From: Polyangiales bacterium
Lineage (GTDB): Bacteria; Myxococcota_A; Polyangia; Polyangiales; JADJQN01
Length of the DNA stretch: 64,000 nucleotides
Direction of reading: 5' to 3'
Assembly: GCA_964202905.1 (NCBI GenBank)
Contig: CAXNJO010000009.1
Span: 128,001 to 192,000, forward strand
Both the position numbers and the translations under genes were made by a program. A model generated the notes under the pieces. The model ran no database searches. It was not told the DNA's origin and saw only the letters and a list, made by a program, of their open reading frames with translations. Positions 42,394 through 52,773 of this stretch are shown here, in pieces; the stretch's first letter is position 1, and the number at the start of each line of letters is the position of its first letter.

Positions 42394-45098
42394 GACGATT
42401 CCGGTGCGGCGGCGCGCTCGAGGATGCGGACGGTGCCGCGGTCGCCATCGACCTCGAGCAGATCACCCGTCGCGATCGCGCGGGTGCCTGCCTTCACGTT
42501 CATCACGCTGGGGACGCCGTATTCGCGGGCGATGATCGCCGCGTGGGACAGCGGCCCGCCGAGATCGGTGACGACCGCGGCCGCGACGAGGAAGAGCGGC
42601 GACCAGCCCACGTCCGCCCAGGGCGCGACGAGGATCTCACCCGCGCAGAGGCTCGTCGCGTCGCCCGGCGCGCGCAGCACCCGCGCCCGGCCGACCGCGC
42701 GTCCCGAACTCACCGCGAGCCCCGAGAGCGCGTCGGTCGTGGGCGCGGACTCGGCCACCGGGGGCGGAAAGCCGACGAACGTGTCGGGCGGATCGGGCAG
42801 CGCGACGTCGCGCAGGTATTGCTGACGCCGCGCACGCACGAGCGGCGCGACGCCCTCGACGCGCCCCTCGAGCCACGCCCGCAGCTCGTCGACGCCGAGG
42901 AAGAAGGCCGCGTCCTCGCCGCACACCTCCTTCACGTCGATGCGCCGCCCCGCCTCGAGCGCGACGGCGCGGAACAGGCCGAGCACGTCCGTGACGTGCG
43001 CACGCAGCCGCTCGCGCAGCCGCAGGAAGCGCTGCACGAGGCCGAGCAGGTGCCGCACCGCCGAGAGCGCGAGGACGGGGACCCGACGCGCCAGCTCGGC
43101 CTCCGCAGCCTCGCGCGTCGCAAGGCGGCGGCGCTCCAGGTCGAGCAGCCCCGGCGCGCCCGGCGGACGCAGGAGGTGCGCGCGGAGCGTCGCGAAGAGC
43201 AGCGAGGGGTCTTCGCGCCAGCGCGGCTCGGAGAGCTCGGCCTCGCGCGCGCCACGCGCGCCGTGCGCCTCGAGAAAGCGCTCGAGCGCGCGCCGCGTCG
43301 GGCCCGGCGGGAGTGACGCGACGCGCAGCCGCTGCGGGTCGTCGCCGACGAGCACGGCGCGCGCCTCGGGCTCGGCCCGGGCCATCTCCGCGATGTGCCA
43401 GAGCGCGATGCCTGGCGCCGCGCTCTCGACGTCCGCCAGCCCGGTCGTGAGATCCCGCTGCAGGGCCTCGGCGCGGTCGCCCGCGGCGAGCTCGAGCGCC
43501 TTGCCGAGCAGGACGGCAGCGCCGAGGAGGTTGCCGTAGCAGGTGAGCATGATCGCACCGGTGTCGTCGAGGAGACGCTCGACGTCGCGCAGGGCGTGCG
43601 CGAGGGCGGCGGGCGCGAGGATGCGCAGGTCCACGCCGCCGACCCGCGCGCGCTCGGTCGCGAAGGCGGCCTCGAACTCGGCGACGCGCGCGGTGATCGC
43701 CATGTTTTCGCGGACGAAACGCGCCGTGGTGAAGGGCAGGCGCGCGAGAAAGGCCGAGTGACCGCGCGCCTCGACCTGCGCCTCGAGCCGCTCGACCTCG
43801 CCGCCACCGCCGAGCGCGAGCAGCGTGCGGGGCCGCAGCCCCGGCACCTGCGTGAGGATCGCCATGAACTCCGAGAGATTCAGGTAGATGCGCCCGCGGA
43901 AGTCACCGACCAGTTCGGCGTCGCGCGGCACCGAGCAGCCGAGCGCGCCGAACGCGCGGCGGAAGCCGAGCTCCGAGAACTTGCTGAGGACCGACCACGT
44001 GAGCGGCGTCGCGACGCCGGGCAGCGCCTCACCCACGTTGACGTTCGACCACACGAAGCGCGCGCGCTCTGCGGCGCGCTCGCGCGAACGACGCGGGCGA
44101 CGCGGGGCCAAGCGCGCCGCGACGGTGGTCACGGGGCGCGCCTGCAACACGTAGAGCGTCCCCCCGGCGAAGGCCCACTCGACGTCGCGCGGGTCGCCGA
44201 AATGGGCCTCGATGCGCCGCCCGAGCGCGACGAGCTCCTCGAGCTGGCGCGGGTCGAGCGCCGCGCGCTGCACGAGCTCGTCGGGCACCGGCTCCTCGCG
44301 CACGCCCGCCCCCGTCGCGACCGCGCGGACGCGCTTGTCGCCGGGGACGTGATCGCGCGCGAGCCCGCTCTGCTTGTCGATGCGCCAGGTGTCCGGCGAC
44401 ACGCGGCCGTCGACGACGAGCGAGCCGAGCCCCCACGACGCATCGACCACCATCTCGCCCGCGTCACCGGTGAGCGGATTCACCGTGAAGAGCACGCCCG
44501 CGACGTCCGCCGGCACCATCGCCTGCACCACCACGCCGACGCGCGCCTCGACCCCCCCCGACACGCCCGCGCCCTGCGCGGCTGCGCGCCGCTCGACCGC
44601 CCGCAGGTACACGAGCACGCGCGGCGCATACACGCTCGCCCAGCATGCGCGCACCGCGTCGAGCAGCGCGTCTTCGCGCGCGACGTCGAGCACCGTGAGG
44701 TGGAGGCCGGCGCCGCTCGCCGCCTCCTCGTCCTCGCGCGTCGACGACGAGCGCACCGCCACGCTCGCGACGCCGCTGCGGCGCAGGTCGCGGAACGCGT
44801 CGCGCAACGCCGCCTCGAGCGGCGGATCGAGGGGGTGCGCACGCACGCGCGCGGCGATCGACGCGAGCCGCTCCGCGCCCACCTCGTCCTCGGGCGCGGC
44901 GAGGAGCGACGCGATGCGGTCCGCAGCGGGCAGCGCGGCTGCGGCGTGCGCCTCGGACGCATCGGCCGCGAGCGCGTACGCGGCTGGCACCGGGAAGCCC
45001 GCCCGCGCGAGCGCAGCCAGCGCGCGCGCCTTGCCGCCGAAGCCCTCCGAGCGCCGCGGGACGATCGACTCGATGCGCCTGAGGTGCCGACTCGCCAT
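42390..45098 (-). CDS. PEP-synthase-like phosphotransferase with rifampin phosphotransferase architecture
   Basis: GGKA, AVRSS..ED, VQAMV..GVLFT, GLG..VV.G, DVEWA..LQARP, NVGEALPGVATPL central domain, GGPLSHAAIIAREYGVP His domain. Confidence 0.88.
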   Translation of the reverse strand: MASRHLRRIESIVPRRSEGFGGKARALAALARAGFPVPAAYALAADASEAHAAAALPAADRIASLLAAPEDEVGAERLASIAARVRAHPLDPPLEAALRDAFRDLRRSGVASVAVRSSSTREDEEAASGAGLHLTVLDVAREDALLDAVRACWASVYAPRVLVYLRAVERRAAAQGAGVSGGVEARVGVVVQAMVPADVAGVLFTVNPLTGDAGEMVVDASWGLGSLVVDGRVSPDTWRIDKQSGLARDHVPGDKRVRAVATGAGVREEPVPDELVQRAALDPRQLEELVALGRRIEAHFGDPRDVEWAFAGGTLYVLQARPVTTVAARLAPRRPRRSRERAAERARFVWSNVNVGEALPGVATPLTWSVLSKFSELGFRRAFGALGCSVPRDAELVGDFRGRIYLNLSEFMAILTQVPGLRPRTLLALGGGGEVERLEAQVEARGHSAFLARLPFTTARFVRENMAITARVAEFEAAFATERARVGGVDLRILAPAALAHALRDVERLLDDTGAIMLTCYGNLLGAAVLLGKALELAAGDRAEALQRDLTTGLADVESAAPGIALWHIAEMARAEPEARAVLVGDDPQRLRVASLPPGPTRRALERFLEAHGARGAREAELSEPRWREDPSLLFATLRAHLLRPPGAPGLLDLERRRLATREAAEAELARRVPVLALSAVRHLLGLVQRFLRLRERLRAHVTDVLGLFRAVALEAGRRIDVKEVCGEDAAFFLGVDELRAWLEGRVEGVAPLVRARRQQYLRDVALPDPPDTFVGFPPPVAESAPTTDALSGLAVSSGRAVGRARVLRAPGDATSLCAGEILVAPWADVGWSPLFLVAAAVVTDLGGPLSHAAIIAREYGVPSVMNVKAGTRAIATGDLLEVDGDRGTVRILERAAAPESS

Positions 45099-45206
45099 GC
45101 GGCGCGGGAGTGTACTCCCCGGGCCGCGGGGCGCACTGACCGCGCCCCGCTTCCCGATGCACGCGGACGCGCATCGTTCTATGCTCGCCCTCCTCTCGAG
45201 GCCCCG

Positions 45207-46380
45207 ATGCGTCCTTCTCTCTTTTCCTTCGTCGTCGCGGTCCTCGTGCTCGCGGGATGTGCCAGCGGCTCGAGCGGCCGCGTGCCCGGCTCCCCCGACG
45301 GAGCCATCCGCCGCGATGCGGGCGGCGACCTCGGCGACCCGGACCTCGGCGGCCTCGACGGCGGCGCTCCGGACCTCGCGCTCCCCGACCTCGGCGACGC
45401 GGACCTCGGCAACACCGATCTCGGAGCCGCCGACCTCGGCAGCGACGATCTCGGTGCCTCCGACCTCGGTCGCACCGACCTCGGCGCGCCCGACCTCGGG
45501 CGCGATCTCGGTCCCCCCGGTTGTACGAGCGCCGCGTCCTGCCAGGACGGCCTCGCCTGCAACGGCGTCGAGGCGTGCATCGGCGGTGCCTGCCGCCCGG
45601 GCACGAGCGTGGTGTGCGACGACGGGATCGCGTGCACGACGAACAGCTGCCTCGAGCCGTCCGGCGCGTGCGAGTTCGTCCGCAACGACGCGGCCTGCCC
45701 GGCGGGCCAGACGTGCACGGCGCCAACGGCCTCCGGTTGCGCGGCGAGCGGGACGTGCAGCGAATCGCCATGCCGCCTCGTCGCCCCGCAGTGCGGCTGC
45801 CCGACGGGTCAGGGTTGCACGCTGTCCGGCTCGACGCGCGTCTGCGCAGCGGCGGGCACGGGCGCGACGGGCGCCACCTGCGGCACCGCGGGCCTCGGAT
45901 GCACCGCGGGCAACGCCTGCATCGGCCTCGGCGTGGGCACGACGGCGGCGGCCTGCGAGCGCTTCTGTGCGACCGATGCCGACTGCAGCGGCGCCGGCGC
46001 CCTCTGCATCCTCCGGCTCAACGACGCGGGCGGCATGCCCATCCCCGGCGTCACCCTCTGCACGCTCTCCTGCAACCCTGTGTCGGGCGCGTCGTGTCCG
46101 TCGGGCAGCGCGTGCCGCGTGTTCGTCGAGTCCATGGGCGCCGGTCGCTACCTGACGCACTGCGAAGGCCCTGTCGGTGACCGGCACACAAGGCTTCCCG
46201 TGCATCGACGACGGCGACTGCACGAGCGGCTACGCCTGCCTCAACGCAGGCTTCGGCAACGAGTGCACGCGCTGGTGCAACCTCGCGACCGGCGCCGGGT
46301 GCCCGTTCGGAACCCTTTGTCAGGACCCGTTCGCCGATCCAGTGACGATCGGGGGCACGTCGTACGGCGTCTGCATCTGA
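45207..46380 (+). CDS. Cys-rich lipoprotein with a DLG-repeat linker, +1 frameshift near 46178
   Basis: Lipobox [19 protein letters not shown] repeats; the Cys pattern continues in ORF 46177..46380. Confidence 0.8.
45327..45512 (+). repeat. Intragenic degenerate 15-bp repeat encoding xxDLG, about 12 units
   Basis: Core gacctcggc/gatctcgg recurs every 15 bp. Confidence 0.88.
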
Positions 46381-46456
46381 GCCGGCGCGCGCGCGGGCCC
46401 CGTCACGCACGCTTGGCGTAGACGCTGCGCGCCGCGAGGGTGTAGACCTCCGCGCC

Positions 46457-47896
46457 ATGGCGCAGCACGACGACGACCACTTCCACGACCAGTGCGGCGT
46501 CTTCGGCGTCTTCGGCGACCCGGAAGCGGCCAACCTCACCTACCTCGGCCTGCACTCGCTCCAGCACCGCGGGCAGGAAGCCGCCGGCATCGCCTCGACC
46601 GACGGCCGCCAGCTCTTCGTGCACAAGGCGAGCGGCCTCGTGCAGGACATCTTCACGAGCAGCGTCATCGCGCAGCTCCCGGGCACACGCGCGATCGGCC
46701 ACGTCCGCTACTCGACGGCGGGCGGCTCGCACCTGAAGAACGCGCAGCCCATCGCGGTCGACTACCGCGACGGCTCCATCGCGGTCGGCCACAACGGCAA
46801 CCTCACGAACGCCGACCAACTCCGCGCCGAGCTCGAGGAGGCCGGCTCGATCTTCCAGACCACGAGCGACACCGAGGTCGTGGTCCACCTCATCGCGCGC
46901 TCGCAGAAACCCACGCTCGAGGAGAAGATCGTCGACGCGCTGCGGCGCGTCGAGGGCGCGTACTCGCTGCTCTTCCTCACGCCGGACAAGCTCGTCGCCG
47001 TGCGCGATCCGTGGGGATTCCGCCCGCTGTGCCTCGGCACGTGCAAGGGCGGCTACGTGTTCTCGTCGGAGCCGCCGGCCTTCGACCTCATCGCCGCCGA
47101 GTACGTGCGCGACGTCGAGCCGGGCGAGATGATCGTCGTCGACGCAGCCGGTCTCCGCACGCTGAAGCCCTTCGACGCGCGCCCGTCGCGCATGTGCATC
47201 TTCGAGCACGTCTACTTCGCGCGCCCCGACTCCCGGCTCGGCGGCGTCGTGGTGTACGAGGCGCGCAAGCGGCTCGGGCGCGTGCTCGCCGACGAGCAAG
47301 GCGTCGCGGCGGACGTCGTCATGCCCGTGCCCGACAGCGGCGTCGCGGCGGCGCTCGGCTATGCCGATCGCTCGGGCATCCCTTTCGAGCTCGGGCTGAT
47401 CCGCAGCCACTACGTCGGCCGCACCTTCATCGAGCCGAGCGCGTCCATCCGGCACTTCGGCGTGCGCCTGAAGCTCTCGCCGGTACGCGCCGCCATCGCG
47501 GGCAAGCGCGTCGTCGTCGTCGACGACTCGATCGTGCGCGGCACCACGAGCCGCAAGATCGTGCGGATGCTCCGCGACGCCGGAGCGCGCGAGGTGCACA
47601 TGCGCGTCTCGTCGCCGCCGACGCGCTGGCCCTGCTTCTACGGCATCGACACGCCGTCGCGCTCGGAGTTGATCGCCTCGAGCCACACGCCCGAGGAGAT
47701 CGCGAAGTACATCACGAGCGACAGCGTCGGCTATCTCAGCATCGAGGGCCTGCACCGCGCGGTGCGCGGCGAGGGGACGCCGACGACGTCGGGCTTCTGC
47801 GACGCCTGCTTCACGGGTGAGTACCCCGTCGCGTTCAACGGCCAGGACGAGCGCACGCCTCCGTCCGCGCGCCATCTCCCGATCGTCGGGTTCTGA
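46457..47896 (+). CDS. purF: Amidophosphoribosyltransferase, propeptide and Fe-S type
   Basis: Propeptide then [42 protein letters not shown]. Confidence 0.98.
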   Translation: MAQHDDDHFHDQCGVFGVFGDPEAANLTYLGLHSLQHRGQEAAGIASTDGRQLFVHKASGLVQDIFTSSVIAQLPGTRAIGHVRYSTAGGSHLKNAQPIAVDYRDGSIAVGHNGNLTNADQLRAELEEAGSIFQTTSDTEVVVHLIARSQKPTLEEKIVDALRRVEGAYSLLFLTPDKLVAVRDPWGFRPLCLGTCKGGYVFSSEPPAFDLIAAEYVRDVEPGEMIVVDAAGLRTLKPFDARPSRMCIFEHVYFARPDSRLGGVVVYEARKRLGRVLADEQGVAADVVMPVPDSGVAAALGYADRSGIPFELGLIRSHYVGRTFIEPSASIRHFGVRLKLSPVRAAIAGKRVVVVDDSIVRGTTSRKIVRMLRDAGAREVHMRVSSPPTRWPCFYGIDTPSRSELIASSHTPEEIAKYITSDSVGYLSIEGLHRAVRGEGTPTTSGFCDACFTGEYPVAFNGQDERTPPSARHLPIVGF

Positions 47897-48052
47897 CGAC
47901 GCGCCGCCTGGGATGCGCTCGACGCGCAGGCACCCGGGCGCCGCCGACCGCTCCTGCGGGGCGGCGCCGGACGCGGACCGTGCCGGACTTGCGACGCGGC
48001 GCGCGGAGCTTACGCCCGCGCGATGACCGTGGCTGCTACCCTCGCAGCGCCC

Positions 48053-49195
48053 ATGCGCGCCATCGCTGCCACCGTCCTCGTCCTCTGCGGTCTCCTCGCC
48101 GCGCTGCTGGCCCCGCGCGAGGCCGCTGCCCAGCCCGCACCGCTAGGCGGCGTCCGCGCTCCGGGTGCGCGCGCCCCGGCACGCCCGGCCGCCGTGCCCG
48201 CGTCACCCGCCACCGCCGCACCGCGGGCCGCCCCCGTAGCACCGCCGCCGGCGGGCACAGACGCCGCCGACGCCGGGGACGACGCAACCGCCCCGGCCCT
48301 CGCGACACCGCCCCCGGCCTCGTCCGCGGGGCCCGCGGCGACACCGACCACGCCGCCCGCCCGTGCACCGGGCACGGCCCAAGGCGCCGACGAGCCGCGC
48401 GAAGCCCCCGACGCGCGTGACCAACACGGCGCGCGCAGCGCACACGACGAGCGCGAGGAGCGCGAGCGCTGGCGCATCCCCTCCGATCTGGTCAATCCGT
48501 TCGTCGATCGGCCCGGCCTCGCGACGCCACGCCCGGCGCACGGGTCCGCCGACGCTGAATCGTGGTTCATCGCGGACTCGGACCTCGTCGATCCATGGGG
48601 CGCTGGGGCCTTCGGGCCGTTCTACGGTGTCCGCTGCCAGGGGCGGTGGTGCCGCCCCGATCCCGCGCGGCGCGTCTTCCTCGCGCCCGCACGCGAGCGC
48701 CCGTTCGGTCCCTTGCGCCACCCGCGCCGCCGCACCGCGCTGCCGGGCGTCGACCTCTCCGCGCTCGTGTCCGCGACGAGCGTCGGCGACACCGCGCGCG
48801 CGCGCCTCGAGGCGCAGGCGACCGTGCACACCGGCGCATTCGGGCTCGGCCTCACGCTCTCGACGAGCACGGGCCCCACGCGCGTCGCAGGCGTCTCGCT
48901 CACCCACACGCGCCACGCCCTCGCCGTGCTCGCGCAGCACCGCGTGTCGGACGGCACCGTGTCGCTCGATCTCGGCGTCGCGGCCGGCATCGTGCTCACC
49001 GACCTCAAGGAGGCCGGCCTCGCGCCCCTGGCGCGCGTCCTCGCGACCGTCGGCGTGCCGCTCGGGCGCAACATCGAGGTGCTCTTCCGCGCGGATGCGC
49101 TCACGACGTTCGTGAGGCCGGTGGGCGCCGGCGACGATGGGCCGGGCGCCTTCGAGTTCGGCATGGGCGTCGGCCTCCGCGTCGCGACCCGCTGA
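48053..49195 (+). CDS. Exported hypothetical protein with a Pro/Ala-rich N-terminus and a beta-strand-rich C-terminus
   Basis: Signal peptide ending AAA, low-complexity linker, alternating-pattern strands ending FEFGMGVGLRV. Confidence 0.65.
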   Translation: MRAIAATVLVLCGLLAALLAPREAAAQPAPLGGVRAPGARAPARPAAVPASPATAAPRAAPVAPPPAGTDAADAGDDATAPALATPPPASSAGPAATPTTPPARAPGTAQGADEPREAPDARDQHGARSAHDEREERERWRIPSDLVNPFVDRPGLATPRPAHGSADAESWFIADSDLVDPWGAGAFGPFYGVRCQGRWCRPDPARRVFLAPARERPFGPLRHPRRRTALPGVDLSALVSATSVGDTARARLEAQATVHTGAFGLGLTLSTSTGPTRVAGVSLTHTRHALAVLAQHRVSDGTVSLDLGVAAGIVLTDLKEAGLAPLARVLATVGVPLGRNIEVLFRADALTTFVRPVGAGDDGPGAFEFGMGVGLRVATR

Positions 49196-49246
49196 ACGCC
49201 GCGCGCGTCGCGCCCATCGCCCGATCGTTCCGCGCTACACCTCGGC

Positions 49247-50188
49247 ATGTCCGCGACGCCCATGCCGCCCGAGCCCCAGTCCCCGGACGCCGAGCGCGGG
49301 AGCGGGCAGGTCGCCCTCCGCTACGAAGACGTCGCGCAGGACGGCCGCGTGATGCTCGGCGCGATGCCGCAGGCCCTCGGCGAGTCCGTGTGGCGCGCGC
49401 TGCTCCGGCACCACCCCGCGGACGCCGCGATGCGCGCGCAAGGTGTGCTGCCGATCCTCTCGCGGCTCGTGGTCGTCGGCGGCGACGGGCCGTGCTCGGT
49501 CGATCGGCTGCTCGAGGCGCATGGCACCTACGAGCCCGCCTGCGCGCTCGGTCCGGACGGCGACGTCGAGCGCCTCTACCTCAACATGTGGGCGCGCCTC
49601 GAGGGGCCACGCGCGCGCACCTTCGACCCCCAACCCGAGCGCGCGGGCGAGTCGCACCTCGTCGGCCGCGTCTTCGGCGAGCACGTGTTCACCCGCCCCT
49701 TCGCGCCGCCGGACGCGCGGCGCGTCACGTCCCTCGCCCTCCCCGGCCTGCCGCCGCGCCCCCCGCGGGTGTACGCGCCGCGCACGCTCGACGCGGTGCT
49801 GGCCGCGCCCGCGGACGCCGTGCCGCTCGAGCCCGCCTCGACGGCCCCGGACGCGTTCGCCGACGACCTCACGATCGCCTTCGCGCTCAGCCACACGGAC
49901 TCGAACCAGCACGTCAACTCGCTCGCGTATCCGCGCCTCTTCGAGGACGCGGCGACCCGCCGCCTCGCGCGTCTCGGGGTCGTGCGCCCCGTCCTCGCGC
50001 GCGCGGTGGAGTTGCTCTACCGCAAGCCGTTCTTCGCGGGCGAGCGGGCGCGCATCGTGCTGCGCGTGTTCCGGGAGGGGCCCCGGCACCTCGCGGTCGG
50101 CGCGTTCTACGCGGCCGACGCCGTCACGCCGGACGGGCTCGCCCCCGGCGCGCGTCCGCACTGCGCCGTGCGCATGCTGCTTCGGTGA
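49247..50188 (+). CDS. Double hot-dog fold, acyl-ACP thioesterase-like protein
   Basis: LRYEDVAQDGR in the N-terminal half and HTDSNQHVNS..Y in the C-terminal half. Confidence 0.75.
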   Translation: MSATPMPPEPQSPDAERGSGQVALRYEDVAQDGRVMLGAMPQALGESVWRALLRHHPADAAMRAQGVLPILSRLVVVGGDGPCSVDRLLEAHGTYEPACALGPDGDVERLYLNMWARLEGPRARTFDPQPERAGESHLVGRVFGEHVFTRPFAPPDARRVTSLALPGLPPRPPRVYAPRTLDAVLAAPADAVPLEPASTAPDAFADDLTIAFALSHTDSNQHVNSLAYPRLFEDAATRRLARLGVVRPVLARAVELLYRKPFFAGERARIVLRVFREGPRHLAVGAFYAADAVTPDGLAPGARPHCAVRMLLR

Positions 50189-50214
50189 AGCCGACGCCGC
50201 GTTATGCTCGCGGG

Positions 50215-51544
50215 GTGCGCAGAGCCTTCGCTCTCCCCGTCCTGCTGTGCCCTGCTCGGCGCGGCGCCGCCCGCCTTCCGGGGCTGCGACGGCAGCTCGC
50301 CCCCGGAGGTCGCGCTTCCGCCGACCCCGCCCGACGCAGGCGTCTGCGCGTTCGACACCGACTGCCCCTCGCCCGGCGCGTGCGCGGACGTGCGCTGCCT
50401 CGCGGGCGCGTGCGTCGTCGTCGCGGGCACCGTCGACCGCGATCGCGACGGGGAGCCCGCCGCGCCCTGCGGCGCCGATTGCGACGACGGCGACCCCACG
50501 ACCTACCCCGGCGCCCCCGAGGCCTGCAACGGCCGCGACGACGACTGCGACGGCCGCGTCGACGACGACGCGCCGCCCGCGCTGTCGACGCGCTCGCTCG
50601 CCGGACTCGAGCCGGCCTCGACGCTCGTGACGGTCGGCGACGCGCTGCTGCTCGCGAGCGGCGCGGGCGCCCGCCCCCTCGATCGCTTCGGTCGCGTGGG
50701 CGCCCCGCTCGACGTCTTCGGCGCGCGGACGATCACGCACCTCGAGGCCGCGACGGCGCCGGACGGTCGGGCGGTCCTCGCCGCGGCGACGACGCTCCCG
50801 CGCCCTGCGCTGCTCGTCGCGACGCTCTCTCCGGACACGCCCCCGGCGATCGCAGAACCCCTCGAGATTCCCGGGGGATCGACCATCCGCGCGCTCGCCG
50901 TGACCGCGCATCGCGGCGGCTTCGCGGTCGCCTGGGTCGAGACCGACGACCTCGGCGCGAGCCAGCTCCGCGTGCTCCCGGGCCTCTCCGCTACAGCGAC
51001 GGCACTCACCATCGACGTCGCCGTGGCCGCGCTCGCGAGCGACGGCGACGCCCTCGCCTTCCCCGAGCCGGGGGGCATCGGTTTCCTCGACGCCGCAGGC
51101 GCACGGACGGCGATCGCCCTCCCCGGCACGGAGACCACCGGCCATGGACTCGCGGGCGGGGGAGGCTACGTCGTCGCCCTCACGGGCACGACGACGCTGG
51201 GTTACGCGCTGCGGCGCGTCACCCGCGCGGGCGGCGCGGAGACCGCCGCAAGCCTCTTCGGCCCGCCCGAGGTCGGCGACGGCCCCGCCCTCACGCGGCT
51301 CGCGCGCGTCGGCGAGCGCTACCTCGGCGTCGAAGCCAGTCCGCGGGGCTTGCTCCTCGCCCGCATCGACGCGACGTCCTCGCCGCCGGAGGTGCGCGAG
51401 GACGCGCTGCCTCCGCGCCCGATCCCGGCCCGAAATGCGGTCGCGCGGGTCCCCGGCGTCACGCTCGTGCTCCATGTGCCGGACGAGGGCACCGGCCCGC
51501 GTGCGGGCGAGTTGATCCTGATCACGGACTGCGTGGCCCCCTGA
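50215..51544 (+). CDS. Exported protein with a Cys/Asp metal-binding repeat; probable frameshift at about 50245-50250
   Basis: GTG 50215 gives the signal-like start MRRAFALPVLL, which joins ORF 50204..51544 containing DRDRDG..DCDD..YPGAPEACNGRDDDCDG. Confidence 0.7.
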
Positions 51545-51612
51545 AGACCGCGCGTACGCCTCGGGTGCGCGCTCGCCACGACACCGCACCGCACTCGCAC
51601 TCCCCGAAACGC

Positions 51613-51647
51613 ACGAAGGGCCCCGCGCCGCGCGCAAAGCCCTTCAT
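51613..51647 (-). terminator. Hairpin downstream of the 51723..52490 gene (terminator, or apex of a larger RNA fold)
   Basis: Minus strand AUGAAGGGCUUUGCGC-gcg-GCGCGGGGCCCUUCGU, 16 bp including G-U pairs. Confidence 0.5.
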
Positions 51648-51722
51648 CATCATCCCGATGTCCGCCGCCTCCGTACCCCGACCGCCTCGCGAGAGCGCCG
51701 AGATACGCCCCGGGGGACGCGC

Positions 51723-52490
51723 TCAGAAAGTGGCGGTGAGCAGCGAGACGCGGACCTCGGTGCGCTGGTCGCGGATCCCGAGACGGAGCTGCTCCTCGGC
51801 CGAGTAGGTCGGCAGCGTCGCGATCGCGGGGACGCCGAGCGCGACGCCGTTCGCGTTGACCCGGACGAAGCCGTGATCGCGCGGGTCCCGCATCGCCACT
51901 GCCGGCCCGCGACGCATGCGTCGCGTTTGGGGCGCAGGCGCCGCCGGGGGGGCCGCGGCGGGCTCAGCCGCGGGCGCGGGCGCCGCCTCTCCGCCAGGTC
52001 CCGCGGGGGCCGCGCCAGACGGGCTGTTCCCACCGCCGACCTCATAGTCTTCGGCTTGCACGGGACCAACCTCCGCACCGACCTCGTCCTCCTGCTCGAC
52101 CGCGGCCTCGTCATCCGGGTCGTAGGCGGTCGCCGAGAGCGTGATCACCATCGTGGGGACGATGAGCGCGAGGCCGATGGCGAGCGTCGCCACGTTCAGC
52201 TCGGCGCTCTTGCCCGCGCCCTCGAGGAGGAAGTAACCGGCGGTCGCGCCGCCCGCCGCGCCCACCGCCGGGAAGACGATGTACGCCCAGGTCTCGTCCA
52301 TCCCGGCAAGCGCCGGGATTGCGAACCCGAGCTCCGCGCCGAAGAGGCCGAGGCCAACGACGCCCTTGTAACCGGTGGCGATCTCCACAGGCGCCGGGAC
52401 GGCCTGGGCGCTCACCTTTTCGGGGAGGGCGCCGGGGATCGCGATGAACAGCGCGGCCGCGAAGGCCACGGACCAGTTGAAGCTACGCAC
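51723..52490 (-). CDS. Hypothetical envelope protein: signal peptide, three Gly-rich hydrophobic helices, terminal Phe
   Basis: GGGAGGGAG RBS before GTG 52490; hydrophobic segments. Confidence 0.7.
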   Translation of the reverse strand: MRSFNWSVAFAAALFIAIPGALPEKVSAQAVPAPVEIATGYKGVVGLGLFGAELGFAIPALAGMDETWAYIVFPAVGAAGGATAGYFLLEGAGKSAELNVATLAIGLALIVPTMVITLSATAYDPDDEAAVEQEDEVGAEVGPVQAEDYEVGGGNSPSGAAPAGPGGEAAPAPAAEPAAAPPAAPAPQTRRMRRGPAVAMRDPRDHGFVRVNANGVALGVPAIATLPTYSAEEQLRLGIRDQRTEVRVSLLTATF

Positions 52491-52647
52491 GGAGCGCTCC
52501 CTCCCATCGACGAGGGGCCTCCCTGAGAGGCCCGTCCGGTGTGGACGGCGCAAGGTACACGGAGCGCCCCGCCACGGCAACCGCCGGACGCCCCGTCGCC
52601 TGCGCTCTTGCCTCCGAACGCAGCCCGCGTCACCGCGCGGCCCTCAC

Positions 52648-52698
52648 TGAATCGCCATTCATTCGGGCTTGACGCCCGCCCCCCGCGCTCGCTACATG
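52648..52698 (+). promoter_or_regulatory. Palindrome TGAAT-CGCC-ATTCA-TTC (copy 3 of 3) abutting a sigma70-type promoter
   Basis: Palindrome at 52648-52664; TTGACG 52669-52674, 18-nt spacer, TACATG 52693-52698. Confidence 0.6.
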
Positions 52699-52773
52699 CC
52701 CGGCGGCCGACGCGAGGCGCCCCTGCGGCTCTCCCAGTCGGATCTTTCGTCCGTCCACCCCGGAGGCCGCGCG

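Noticed and set aside
42390..45098. Calling the gene rph (rifampin resistance) or ppsA
   Set aside because: Architecture alone does not give the substrate; it lacks the C-terminal PEP-binding barrel of PpsA.
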